Below, piece after piece: positions 29,025 through 38,679 of a stretch of 64,000 bases of DNA. The notes below the pieces were generated by a model. The model worked only from the letters and a program-made list of their open reading frames with translations. It had not been told where the DNA came from and did not search any database. Source of the DNA: an uncultured delta proteobacterium (GTDB taxonomy: Bacteria; Myxococcota; UBA727; VGSZ01); assembly GCA_963775425.1 (NCBI GenBank), contig CAVZJB010000003.1, forward strand, positions 288,001 through 352,000, written 5' to 3'. Both the position numbers and the translations under genes were made by a program. Numbering within the stretch: position 1 is the first letter of the stretch; every line of letters starts with the position of its first letter.

Positions 29025-29996
29025 GTGATCGCGCTTGCAATGTTGGCGTTCGTCGCCCACGCCGACCCCGTCGTCGTCAAGGTCGGCTCGGTGGCGCCGG
29101 AGGGCACCCCGTGGGCGGAGTGGCTCGACTCCGTGAAGACCCGCATCGAGACCGACACCAAGGGGGGCGTCAAGCTCCGCCTGTTCCTCTCCGGCAAGCT
29201 GGGCGGCGAAAAGGAGATGGTCGAGGACACCAAGAAGGGAACGCTGCAGATGTTCGGCGGCTCCGTCGGCGCGCTCGCCTCGCAGCACGTCCCCGAGCTG
29301 AACGTGTTCGAGCTTCCGTTCCTGTTCACCTCGGACGCCGAGGCCGACTACGTGATGAACAAGGTGCGCCCGGAGGTCACCAAGCTCCTGTCGGACCGCG
29401 GCTTCGTCATGGTGATGTGGGCCGAGAACGGCTGGCACGGCTACGGCGTCAAGGGCAAGTGCATCGAGAAGCTCGAGGACATGAAGGGAAAGAAGATGCG
29501 CTCGCAGGAGAGCATCATCCACCTCGAGACCTACCGCGCCCTGGGGGCGTCGCCGGTGGAGATGGGCGTGCCCGACGTCCTTTCTGCGCTGCAGACGGGC
29601 ACCGTCGACGGCTACTCCAACACGCCGCTCTTCTCGTTCGCCACGTCCTGGTACTCGGGCATCGACAGCTACACGTACACCAAGCACATCTATCAGCCGG
29701 CGCTCATCGTCCTTTCCAAGAAGTGGTTCGACAAGCTGCCCAAGGATCTGCAGGCAGAGCTCACAAAGAGCGACGAGGAGAGGAAGGGCTTCGAGCTCGT
29801 GCGCGGGCTCACCGGTCCGCTCCTCGAGAACTTCAAGGCCGCGGGCAAGAAGGTGTGCACGCTGTCGCCCGCGGAGCAGAAGCGCTTCGCCGACGCCACC
29901 CACGGCGTCTGGGACGTCTACGCAAAGAAGTCCAAGGCCAACAAGAAGCTCCTGAGCGCGGTCCTCGCGGCCAAGGCTGAGTTCGCAAAGAAGTGA
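29025..29996 (+). CDS. dctP: TRAP transporter substrate-binding protein
   Basis: GSVAPEGTPW, GKLGGEKEM, FELPFLF, KMR, LQTGTVDG. Confidence 0.9.
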   Translation: MIALAMLAFVAHADPVVVKVGSVAPEGTPWAEWLDSVKTRIETDTKGGVKLRLFLSGKLGGEKEMVEDTKKGTLQMFGGSVGALASQHVPELNVFELPFLFTSDAEADYVMNKVRPEVTKLLSDRGFVMVMWAENGWHGYGVKGKCIEKLEDMKGKKMRSQESIIHLETYRALGASPVEMGVPDVLSALQTGTVDGYSNTPLFSFATSWYSGIDSYTYTKHIYQPALIVLSKKWFDKLPKDLQAELTKSDEERKGFELVRGLTGPLLENFKAAGKKVCTLSPAEQKRFADATHGVWDVYAKKSKANKKLLSAVLAAKAEFAKK

Positions 29997-30844
29997 TGAG
30001 CGCCGTCGACGACGCCGTCGCCCGCGTCGAGCGCTGGCTCATCCTCGCGTGCGTCGCGGGCATGACGGTGCTCGTCGGCGCCGACGTGGTGCAGCGGACG
30101 TTCTCGCGCCCCGTCGGCAAGACCGAGGAATTCCTGCGCTTCGTCTCGCACGGCGCCGTCGGCCACGGTGCGGCAAACGCGGTGTTCGGCGCCTTCGCGC
30201 TCGTCTTCTTCGTCTTCGCCGCCCACGCCTCGCGCCAGGTCACCGCGGAGCGCAGCGGCCACCCGCCGCCGAAGCTGCTCGGCTCGTCCGTGCTCGGCGT
30301 TGCGGCGCTCGTCGTGGTGCTCGCGGCGGTGAAGGCGCTCTTGTGGGCGTTTCCGTCGTCGGTGCCCGGCGCGCAGAAGTTCGCGCTCGGCCTCATGCTG
30401 TGGGCGGGCATGCTCGGCGCGTCGATGGCGACGCGCGAGCGGCGCCACATCGTGCTCGACGCCGTCACCAAGAAGCTCGACGCCGCCGCGCGGCGGCCGT
30501 TCGCGCTTTTGTCGGGGGCCGCGACGGCGGCGTTTTGCCTGTTCGTCTCGTACCTCGGCTTCGTGCAGGTGGCCGGCGAGATCCGCGAGTGGGCCACGCA
30601 TGAGGGCACCGGCCTGTACGAGTCGCTGCCCATCCCGACGTGGATCGCCACCCTGGCCATCCCGGTGTCGTTCTTCTTGATGGGGGCGCGCTTCCTCGCC
30701 TACGCGGTGCGCGACTTCCGTCATGGCCCGCCGGCGCCGCCGAGCGAGGCCGCCGCCGAGGAAGCGCTGGCCGCCGCCCGAGGCGCCGAGACGCCCGCGG
30801 CCGCCCCCTCGGGCGCCGCCGGCGGTGGGGCGGGTGCGCCGTGA
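29993..30844 (+). CDS. dctQ: TRAP transporter small permease (extended)
   Basis: MLWAGMLGASMATRERRHIVLD DctQ motif; several TM helices; 4-bp overlaps with both neighbours. Confidence 0.82.
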   Translation: MMSAVDDAVARVERWLILACVAGMTVLVGADVVQRTFSRPVGKTEEFLRFVSHGAVGHGAANAVFGAFALVFFVFAAHASRQVTAERSGHPPPKLLGSSVLGVAALVVVLAAVKALLWAFPSSVPGAQKFALGLMLWAGMLGASMATRERRHIVLDAVTKKLDAAARRPFALLSGAATAAFCLFVSYLGFVQVAGEIREWATHEGTGLYESLPIPTWIATLAIPVSFFLMGARFLAYAVRDFRHGPPAPPSEAAAEEALAAARGAETPAAAPSGAAGGGAGAP

Positions 30845-32574
30845 GCGCGCTCGCGATCACCAACGCCGTCCTCCTTGTGCTGAACGTCGCGCTCGCCGTG
30901 GGCGCCTACCGCAAGCGCAAGGTGGGGCTCGTGGTCTGGCTCGCCATCACGGCGGCTGCGTTCTTGTTCGCCGGCAAGACCGGCTTCCTCGTCATCGGCA
31001 CCATCACGGCGGCGCTCCTGCTGGGGACGCCGCTGTTCGCGCTGATGGGCACGCTCGGCATCCTGCTGCTGATCCATGTGTCGGGGCTGTCGTCGGTGAA
31101 CGACCTCACGGAGGTGCCGCGCAAGCTCCTCGAGCTCGCCAACAAAGAGGTCCTGCTCGCCATCCCCTTCTTCGTCGTCGCCGGCGAGCTGATGACCCAG
31201 GGGACGCTGGCGCGCCGCCTCGTCGACGTCATGCGCGCGCTGTTCGGCTTCGTTCCCGGCGGCCTCGCGGTTTCGGCGGTGGGCGGGTGCGTGTTCTTCG
31301 CGGCCATCTCGGGGAGCTCGCCGGTCACGGTGGTCGCCATCGGCAGCATCATGGTGCCGGCGCTCGTGAAGGCGAAGTACCCCGACGGGTTCGCCATCGG
31401 CCTGCTGACGTCGTCGGGCTCGCTCGGCATCCTCATCCCGCCGTCCATCCCGATGATCGTGTACTCGATCATGGTCTCGTCGACGTCGCCGGTGGATCCC
31501 ACCGACCTCTTCCTCGCCGGCGTCGTCCCCGGGATGCTCATCGGCGCGCTGCTGGCGGGCTACGCCATCGCCGTCGGCGCCCTCAAGAAGATCCCGCGCG
31601 AGCCCTTCTCCTGGGCGACGCTGAAGCTCGCCGTCCGTCGCGGCGTGTGGTCGCTGCTCCTGCCGGTGATCATCCTCGGCGGCATCTACTCGGGCGTGTT
31701 CACGGCCACCGAGGCCGCGGCGGTGAGCGTCATCTACGCGCTCGCCGTGGAGCTGTTCGTCCACAAGGAGCTCGACGGGAAGAAGCTCGTCAACGTGGCC
31801 ACGACCTCGATGACGGTGATGGGCTCGCTGTTCGTCATCATCGCGCTCGCCACCGCCCTCAACTACTTCCTCGTCCTCGAGGGCGTGCCCGACATGATGG
31901 TGGACTGGCTGAGGTCGTTCGACCTCGACCGAGGCACGTTCCTGCTGCTCTTGAACGTGCTGTTGCTCGCCGTCGGCTGCTTCATGGACATCATGAGCGC
32001 CATCCTCATCATCGCGCCCATGCTGGCGCCGATGGCGATGGCGATGGGCGTCGACCCCATCCACATGGGGATCGTCTTCATCGTGAACCTCGAGCTCGGC
32101 TACATGACGCCGCCGGTGGGGCTCAACCTCTACGTCGCGTCCACGCTGTTTCAAAAGAGCCTGGGCTTCGTCATCCGCGCGGTGGTCCCCACGCTCATCA
32201 TCATGATGGTGTCCCTCGGCTGCATCACGTGGTTCCCACAGCTCTCGTTGGCCCTCGTGGAGGCCGTCCACGCTCCGTCGACGGCGCCGCCGGTGTCGAC
32301 GTCGACGCCGGCCGACGCCGGCACCGTCGTCGACGCGGGGCCGCCGCGGGTGAAGAGCCTCGCCGAGCTCATGGCCGAGATGAAGGCGAACAAGCCCGCC
32401 GCCGCCGGCGCCGTCGTCGACGCGGGGCCGCCGCGGGTGAAGAGCCTGGCCGAGCTCATGGCCGAGCAGAAGGCGCGCATGGCCGCGGACGTGGACGCGG
32501 GCGCGGCCGCGGGCGTGGCCGACGCAGGCGCGGCCGCCGACGCGGGCGTGGCAGACGGAGGCGCCGCCCCCTGA
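30841..32574 (+). CDS. dctM: TRAP transporter large permease
   Basis: LLAIPFF, FAAISGSS, GILIPPSIPMI, FTATEAA, GYMTPPVGLNL; duplicated C-terminal tail. Confidence 0.92.
   Translation: MSALAITNAVLLVLNVALAVGAYRKRKVGLVVWLAITAAAFLFAGKTGFLVIGTITAALLLGTPLFALMGTLGILLLIHVSGLSSVNDLTEVPRKLLELANKEVLLAIPFFVVAGELMTQGTLARRLVDVMRALFGFVPGGLAVSAVGGCVFFAAISGSSPVTVVAIGSIMVPALVKAKYPDGFAIGLLTSSGSLGILIPPSIPMIVYSIMVSSTSPVDPTDLFLAGVVPGMLIGALLAGYAIAVGALKKIPREPFSWATLKLAVRRGVWSLLLPVIILGGIYSGVFTATEAAAVSVIYALAVELFVHKELDGKKLVNVATTSMTVMGSLFVIIALATALNYFLVLEGVPDMMVDWLRSFDLDRGTFLLLLNVLLLAVGCFMDIMSAILIIAPMLAPMAMAMGVDPIHMGIVFIVNLELGYMTPPVGLNLYVASTLFQKSLGFVIRAVVPTLIIMMVSLGCITWFPQLSLALVEAVHAPSTAPPVSTSTPADAGTVVDAGPPRVKSLAELMAEMKANKPAAAGAVVDAGPPRVKSLAELMAEQKARMAADVDAGAAAGVADAGAAADAGVADGGAAP
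32317..32466 (+). repeat. Two near-identical 63-bp direct repeats (87-bp offset) encoding AGxVVDAGPPRVKSLAELMAE in the dctM tail
   Basis: 32317-32379 vs 32404-32466. Confidence 0.85.
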
Positions 32575-32700
32575 TCGTGGCGGGCGGCCCCCGTGCGTCG
32601 CGGCGACCGGTGTCCGCCTGCGGTCGTCGGCCATCCCGCGCGGGTGATCGTGCGCTGTGGCGGATCGGCCGGCGGCCGGCGGCCTGCTACAGTCCCGGCG

Positions 32701-33177
32701 ATGCTCCGCTGGCTGGCGCTCACCGCTCTCCTGTCGTCGACGACCATCCCGACGTTCACGCCGCGTCAGCTCGTCGACAGGAGCGACCTCGTCGCCCGCG
32801 TCGTCGTTCGTTCGCACGAGAGCGCGTGGGTGGGCCGGAAGATCCTGACGTTCTACGACCTCGACGTCGTCGACGCGTGGAGCTCGCATGACCCGCAGGC
32901 CCCGCGCCGCGCGCTCGTCGCCATGCCCGGGGGCATCGTCGGCGCGCTCGGCCAGGCGGTGCCGGGCACGCCCGTCCTCGAGGACGCGCACGCCTACGTC
33001 CTGTGCATGAGCCGCGGCGTCGGCCCCCGCGGCGCCCGCGCCGTCATCGGGCTGTGGCAGGGCGTCTGGGCGATCGACCAGGCCGGCGCGCTCCATGGCT
33101 TCACGCACGCCGGCCCCGACGTCGACACGCTCCCCCTCGACGCCCTGCGCGCGCGCCTCCTCGAGGCCGCCCCGTGA
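32701..33177 (+). CDS. Secreted hypothetical protein, coupled to the downstream metalloprotease
   Basis: Signal-like N-terminus; LVDRSDLVARVVV, PGGIVG..QAVPGTP, IGLWQG; GTGA overlap with next gene. Confidence 0.65.
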   Translation: MLRWLALTALLSSTTIPTFTPRQLVDRSDLVARVVVRSHESAWVGRKILTFYDLDVVDAWSSHDPQAPRRALVAMPGGIVGALGQAVPGTPVLEDAHAYVLCMSRGVGPRGARAVIGLWQGVWAIDQAGALHGFTHAGPDVDTLPLDALRARLLEAAP

Positions 33178-34079
33178 CCCGGCGCGCGCCGCTGACGGCG
33201 TTCGTCGTGGCGGTGACGTGCGCGGCGCTGGCCCCGGCGGCGCACGCGTTCAACTGCACGCGGGTGGGCAGCGACGGACCGAGCCTGTTCTGGCGCGAGC
33301 GGCGGGTCGTGCTCCAGCGCAGCGGCGCGGGGCACGAGGTCGACGCCGCCCAGATCGACGGCGTCATGCAGCGCGCCGCCGACACCTGGACCGCGATCGA
33401 TTGCTCCGACGTCGAGGAGACCGTCGGCGCGCCCACCACGGACCCCCTCGCGGGCTTCGATTGGGCCGCGGGCGCCGGCAGCCCCAAGAACCACAACATC
33501 GTCGTCTTCAGGGACGACGACCCCCAGGACCCCATCGACGCCTGGGAGCACGAGCTCGGGGCCCTCGCCATCACCACGGTGACCTTCGAGAGCAACGAGG
33601 GCCGGTTGCTCGACGCCGACGTCGAGGTCAACGACGCTGGCTTCTCGTTCACGGCGTGCGATCCCGCGGACTGCCAGCCGCAGTTCGACCTCGAAAACAC
33701 GCTCACGCACGAATTCGGTCACGTGCTCGGCCTCGATCACACCGACGTCGCCGAGGCCACGATGTTCCCGTCGGCGCCGGAGGGCGACCTCAGCAAGCGC
33801 AGCCTCGCCGAAGACGACATCGACGCGGTCTGCACCATCTACCCGGCCGGCGCCGACATCGGGGAGTGCTACGGCGTCGCCCGCAGCGCGCCGCCGCGTG
33901 TGCGCTTCTCGCCGACATTCTGCGGCCAGGGCCCGGCGAGCGCCCCGATCGCCGCCTGCTGGGGCCTGCTGGCCGTGATCCGCTTCCGGCGCAATCGGGC
34001 AATTGCGCGACGGGCCCACCCAAGATCCTGTAGGCTCGACGACGACGATGTCCGTCTTGCAGATCTTCCGGGGCGATGA
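33174..34079 (+). CDS. Matrixin (M10)-family zinc metalloprotease with MYXO-CTERM-like tail
   Basis: HEFGHVLGLDH, ATMFP Met-turn, DDIDAVCTIYP; C-terminal C..hydrophobic..RFRRNR. Confidence 0.85.
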   Translation: MTRRAPLTAFVVAVTCAALAPAAHAFNCTRVGSDGPSLFWRERRVVLQRSGAGHEVDAAQIDGVMQRAADTWTAIDCSDVEETVGAPTTDPLAGFDWAAGAGSPKNHNIVVFRDDDPQDPIDAWEHELGALAITTVTFESNEGRLLDADVEVNDAGFSFTACDPADCQPQFDLENTLTHEFGHVLGLDHTDVAEATMFPSAPEGDLSKRSLAEDDIDAVCTIYPAGADIGECYGVARSAPPRVRFSPTFCGQGPASAPIAACWGLLAVIRFRRNRAIARRAHPRSCRLDDDDVRLADLPGR

Positions 34080-35754
34080 GTTCCTGGAGGAGGTCGTCCT
34101 GAGCCGCGCCGTGATGGGGCTCGGACGCCATCCCCAGAACGACATCGTCCTCGACGACCGCTCCCTCTCCCGCTTCCACGCTCGCGTGGAGCGGCGCGGC
34201 GATCGCTTTGTCGTCGTCGACTGCGGCGCACAAAACGGCGTCCACCTCAACGGCGAGCGCGTCGTCGGTGAGAGCGACCTCGCGCCGGGCGACCGCATCA
34301 CGCTCGGGCGCTACATCGCCGTCTTCGACAGCAGCGGGCGCGTGGAGCCCGCGCCCAAGTACGACCTCAACCGGCCGCTCAAGAGCGGCACGCCGAGGTC
34401 GACGTCGCTCGACGCCGATCTCGAGGCGCTCGAGGTCGACGTGGACATCAACCTCGACGACGACAACGACCAGACCAAGAGGGCCAAGCACAAGGAGCTC
34501 CTCGAAGACGACTTCGACAAGACCGCCAAGAAGAAGCCCGAGCCCACGCTCGTGCTCCTGTTCAACGGCATGGAGGTGAGCCGCCACCCGGTGTCCCAGG
34601 GCGGGCTCACCATCGGGCGGAGCAAGCAGTGTGACGTCGTCATCAGCCTGCTCGGCCTCTCCCGCAAGCACGCCCAGATCCGGCGGGTGAAGGACGCGGT
34701 CTCCGTCGAGGATCTCGGCAGCCAGAACGGCACCTGGGTCAACAACCAGCGCATCCAGGGGCAGCGCCGCCTCAAGCACGGCGACCTCCTGAACTTCTAC
34801 GACTACGCGGTGCTGTTCCTCGAAGACGGCGACGTCGACGTCGGCTTCCCCGGCGGGACCTTTCCGCAGCCGGGCGACACCGACGCCGCGGCGGCCGACG
34901 AGCTCGAGAGCCGCGAGACCAACCGCAGCGCCCCGGTGCCCGGGTCCAAGGCGCGGCCGCCCACGGCGCGCAGCCCCGTCCCCATCGCCGACAGCGCGCA
35001 CTCGAGCTCGCCCGCGCCGAGCCGTCCGGCGTCGGCGCGCCACAACGGCCACGGCCGCGCGGCCGCGGGCGGCGCCGGCGTCGACATGGCGTCGGCGTCG
35101 GAGCTCGTGGACCTCGGTGAGGGCAGCTTCCTCGGCGAGGAGTTCGACCACGAGGCCAACGCCAAGAAGCAGCAGGTCTCGAGCTCGCTCCTCGACGAGG
35201 AGGCGCTCGACGACATCGGGCTCGACGACGACGAAGTCATCGGCAACAAGACCAACGCCACCGACATCGTCAAAGACATCGGCCTCGACAGCGCGTTCAA
35301 GAACGAGGACCTCGACGCCGGCGGCTTCGACGGCATGTCGGGCACCGAGGGCGACCAGGAGAAGTTCGACGACCGCACGTCGTCGAGCATCCGCAGCGGC
35401 GGCCGCGCCTGGGCCACCGACGACGAGGTGTTGCGCGCGCTCAGCAACTCGCCCGACAGCGTGATGGCCACGCTCGAGGTGCAGCTCGGCGGCAAGCCCT
35501 ACACGCAGATGCCGCTGTCGCAGACGGTGACCCGCGTGGGAACCGACGCGCGCTGCGAGCTCTCGCTGCCCAAGTCCTCGGGCCTCATGGCGTGGCACCT
35601 CACGCTCCTGCACATGGGCGGCACCGTGGTGCTCTACCGCGCCGCCCGCGCCGGCCGCATCCAGCTCGCCGAGACCGACGTCGACATGGCCATCGCCAAG
35701 GACGGCGACATGCTCGACCTCGGCAAGGTGAAGCTGAAGATCCGCCTCAAGTAG
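34048..35754 (+). CDS. Multi-FHA-domain protein with acidic linkers
   Basis: FHA1 LGRHPQNDIVLDDRSLSRFHA..QNG; FHA2 IGRSKQCDVVISLLGLSRKHA..SQNGT; degenerate third FHA-like domain at the C-terminus. Confidence 0.85.
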   Translation: MSVLQIFRGDEFLEEVVLSRAVMGLGRHPQNDIVLDDRSLSRFHARVERRGDRFVVVDCGAQNGVHLNGERVVGESDLAPGDRITLGRYIAVFDSSGRVEPAPKYDLNRPLKSGTPRSTSLDADLEALEVDVDINLDDDNDQTKRAKHKELLEDDFDKTAKKKPEPTLVLLFNGMEVSRHPVSQGGLTIGRSKQCDVVISLLGLSRKHAQIRRVKDAVSVEDLGSQNGTWVNNQRIQGQRRLKHGDLLNFYDYAVLFLEDGDVDVGFPGGTFPQPGDTDAAAADELESRETNRSAPVPGSKARPPTARSPVPIADSAHSSSPAPSRPASARHNGHGRAAAGGAGVDMASASELVDLGEGSFLGEEFDHEANAKKQQVSSSLLDEEALDDIGLDDDEVIGNKTNATDIVKDIGLDSAFKNEDLDAGGFDGMSGTEGDQEKFDDRTSSSIRSGGRAWATDDEVLRALSNSPDSVMATLEVQLGGKPYTQMPLSQTVTRVGTDARCELSLPKSSGLMAWHLTLLHMGGTVVLYRAARAGRIQLAETDVDMAIAKDGDMLDLGKVKLKIRLK

Positions 35755-35781
35755 GGCGGGGGCTTGTCCCCCGCTTCGGGG

Positions 35782-35861
35782 TTCGGCGCTCCGGCGCTCC
35801 GGCGCTTCGGCGCTCCGGCGCTCCGGCGCTCCGGCGCTCCGGCGCTCCGGCGCTCCGGCGC
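35782..35861. repeat. Octamer tandem repeat (T[C/T]CGGCGC) x10
   Basis: Ten contiguous 8-bp units between convergent stop codons; units 1 and 4 are TTCGGCGC. Confidence 0.95.
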
Positions 35862-35865
35862 GTCG

Positions 35866-36618
35866 TCACCGGCGGTTCATGCGCGCCCACAGCTCTTCGC
35901 GGGTGAACAGGCCGCGCTGCACGCACAGCTCGATGAGGGTGGCCAGCATCTCGTTGGCCTGGCGCAACTGCTCTTCGAGCGACGCCGGCTGCGGGTAGCC
36001 CGTGGGCGGGGCGACGCCCGGGCTCGTGCGCGGGGGAGCGGCGAAGGCGAGCTCCGCGAGCGGCGTGGAGGCGCGGTTGGGCGCCGGCGGCATGCTCGGC
36101 CGCAACGACGGCGCCTGCTCGATCACGGGTGCGCCGTTGGGCACCGACGACAGGTCGCGGCGCAGGCGCGGTGGAGGGCAGGGCGCTCGATCGCTGTAGT
36201 AGTAGGTGCGGATGGCCCACGTGACCTCGCGCGCGGGCGCGAGCACGGTCTTCACCTTGAGGCCGGTGCGGAACGCGACCTCGTCGAGGGCGCCGATGTT
36301 GTTCGGGTCGCTGGTGGCGACGGTGATGGACCGCTCGTCGCGCAGCACCGGGAAGATGTCGAGCTTCTCGCAGGTCTCCCGCGCGATGAGCGGCAGGACG
36401 TCCGGCGGGATGACCAGGTCGGGGAGCGCGACCAGCGGCACGTCGAGCTGCTTGCTGAGCCCGAGCCACAACATCATCTCGTCGAGCACGCCCTGGTCGA
36501 CGAGGATATCGCCGAGCTTGCCGCCCCACTGCTTCTGCTGCGCGAGGGCGGAGGTGAGCTGCATCTCGTCGATGAGCCCCGCCTTCACGAGCATGTCTCC
36601 GATCCGCATGCGCGGCAT
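35866..36618 (-). CDS. Stand-alone MshEN/GSPII_N-domain protein (predicted c-di-GMP receptor)
   Basis: RIGDMLVKAGLIDEMQLTSALAQQ..GGKLGDILVDQG tandem MshEN motif, VATSDP; Pro-rich linker; no ATPase domain. Confidence 0.85.
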   Translation of the reverse strand: MPRMRIGDMLVKAGLIDEMQLTSALAQQKQWGGKLGDILVDQGVLDEMMLWLGLSKQLDVPLVALPDLVIPPDVLPLIARETCEKLDIFPVLRDERSITVATSDPNNIGALDEVAFRTGLKVKTVLAPAREVTWAIRTYYYSDRAPCPPPRLRRDLSSVPNGAPVIEQAPSLRPSMPPAPNRASTPLAELAFAAPPRTSPGVAPPTGYPQPASLEEQLRQANEMLATLIELCVQRGLFTREELWARMNRR

Positions 36619-36694
36619 GCCCCACATTAGCGCCGCCCGCCGGCGCTGCCCAAAAGTTGTGTGCGCCGGCCCGAGACGGAACACTCGCGGCCGC

Positions 36695-37723
36695 TTGGCC
36701 GTCTACACGCACCTCGACGAAGGGGCGCTGCGCGCGCTCTGGTCCGTCTATGACGACGACGCCGAGCTCGTGCGCGCCGACGGCATCCCGCACGGCAGCA
36801 TCAACACCACGTACCGGCTGAGCACCGAAGCCGGCGTCTACTACCTCCGCATCAACGAGGAGAAGACCACGGGCGAGGTGCTCTACGAGCGCGACCTGCT
36901 GGACGTCCTGCACGCCGCGCGCCTCGAGGGCGTGGTCACGCCGGTGATTCGCCGCACGCGCATCGGCGGCAGCTTCTTCCTCGTCGCGCGGCGGCCGAGC
37001 GGCCCGGTGTGGGCCGCGATCTTCCCCGAGCTGCCCGGCCGCGACCTCGGCGTCTTCGAGGTCACCGCCGCGCACACCGCCCAGCTCGGCGCGTTCCTCG
37101 CGCGCGCCCACCGCGCGCTGCGTGGCTTTCACGGCGGCCGCAGGAACCCCTACGGCGTCCCCGTCGTCGACAGGTGGCTCGCCGACCTCGACCGCCTCGC
37201 GCTGCCGGAGCTGGCGGCGGTCACCGGGCGGCTCGCCGGCGCGCTCGAGACCGTGCGGCGCCGGCGCCGCCTGCTGCCGCACGGCGTGGTGCACGGTGAC
37301 CTCTTCGTCGACAACACGAAGTGGCACCAGGGCCGCCTCGCCGCCGTGTTCGACTGGGAGATGGCCGGCCGTGACCACCTCGCCCTCGACCTCGCCGTGT
37401 GCCTGCACGCCTGGTGCTGGCGTCCGACCGAGGGCGACTTCGACGTCGACAGCGCGCGCGCGCTCGTCGACGCCTATCAGTCCGTGCGTCGCCTGCGCGA
37501 CAGCGAGCGGCGAGGGTTCTTCGTCGAGGTGCTCTTTGCGGCCGTGCGCTTCACGGCGTCGCGGGTGCGGGACTTCGAGGTGCCCGCCGGCGCCGGCGGC
37601 CGCGCGAAGAACGTCGGTGACGCGGAACGCACGGTCCTCGACTACCGGGACTTTCTGCGGCGGCTCGACGCGTTGGAGTCCATGGGCGAGAGTCGTCTTC
37701 GCAAAATGGTGGGCCTCGCGTGA
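36695..37723 (+). CDS. thrB: Homoserine kinase type II (APH fold)
   Basis: TTG start giving MAVYT; GIPHGSINTTY, HGDLFVDN, FDWE, DLAVCLHAWC. Confidence 0.82.
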   Translation: MAVYTHLDEGALRALWSVYDDDAELVRADGIPHGSINTTYRLSTEAGVYYLRINEEKTTGEVLYERDLLDVLHAARLEGVVTPVIRRTRIGGSFFLVARRPSGPVWAAIFPELPGRDLGVFEVTAAHTAQLGAFLARAHRALRGFHGGRRNPYGVPVVDRWLADLDRLALPELAAVTGRLAGALETVRRRRRLLPHGVVHGDLFVDNTKWHQGRLAAVFDWEMAGRDHLALDLAVCLHAWCWRPTEGDFDVDSARALVDAYQSVRRLRDSERRGFFVEVLFAAVRFTASRVRDFEVPAGAGGRAKNVGDAERTVLDYRDFLRRLDALESMGESRLRKMVGLA

Positions 37724-38679
37724 TCCCGTCCCTGCTCCTCCTCCTGCTCGCTCCGCCGCCGGCCGCCGCGCCGCCGGCGGCCACCGCGCCGGCCGCACCG
37801 CCGGAGGCGCTCCTCGACGTCGACTGGGGCGACGGCCTCGAGACCGGCCGCATCGCGAAGATCGACGTGAAGGGCCCGGCGAAGATCACGAAGCTGCGCG
37901 GCACGCTGGCCAAGGAGGACGTCATTGCGCTGGCGGCCTCCGACGACGGCCGCGCGTGGATCGTGCTCGGCCCCGTGGACATCGAGCGCAAGGCAAAGCC
38001 GGTGCCCCTGGTGCTCGACGCCGTCCTCGACGACGGCAGAGAGGTGCACTTCGCCAAGCCGGCGCCCGTGATCGAGGCGCCGTACCCGGAGTCTCACATC
38101 ACCGTGGCGCGCAAGTTCGTGACGCCGTCGCGGGCGCAGCGACGGCGGGCGACCCGGGAGGCGCGCGTGATGACGGCGGCGATGGCGCACCCGAGCAGCG
38201 AGCGCTTGTGGCGCGGCTCCTTCGCCCGCCCGGTGCCCGGCCCGCAGACGTCTGCGTTCGGCACCAAGCGCACCTACGCCAGCGACCACAACAAGAAGAA
38301 GTACAACCGCCACTACGGCTGGGACCTCGACGGCAGCATCGGGGACCCCATCAGCGCCTCCAACCGCGGGCGCGTGGTGCTCGCCGCCAACCGCTTCTAC
38401 TCCGGCGGCACCGTCATCCTCGACCACGGCGAGGGCCTCTACACGCTCTACTTCCACATGTCGCGCATCGACGTGAAGGAGGGCGACGTCGTCGAGAAAG
38501 GCCAGGGCCTCGGCGCGGTGGGCGCGTCCGGGCAGGTGACGGGCCCGCACCTGCACTTCGCCGTGAAATTCGACGGGCTCTACCAGGACGCCCGCTACCT
38601 GGTCGATCTCGACCTGTCGCACGACGCCGTCGACCCGCCGCTGACGGCGGCGGCCTCCGCCGGAGCTCCGTCGCCATGA
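37720..38679 (+). CDS. M23 family metallopeptidase
   Basis: HYGWD (HxxxD), DHG..TLYFH, GQVTGPHLHF; signal peptide. Confidence 0.9.
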   Translation: MIPSLLLLLLAPPPAAAPPAATAPAAPPEALLDVDWGDGLETGRIAKIDVKGPAKITKLRGTLAKEDVIALAASDDGRAWIVLGPVDIERKAKPVPLVLDAVLDDGREVHFAKPAPVIEAPYPESHITVARKFVTPSRAQRRRATREARVMTAAMAHPSSERLWRGSFARPVPGPQTSAFGTKRTYASDHNKKKYNRHYGWDLDGSIGDPISASNRGRVVLAANRFYSGGTVILDHGEGLYTLYFHMSRIDVKEGDVVEKGQGLGAVGASGQVTGPHLHFAVKFDGLYQDARYLVDLDLSHDAVDPPLTAAASAGAPSP

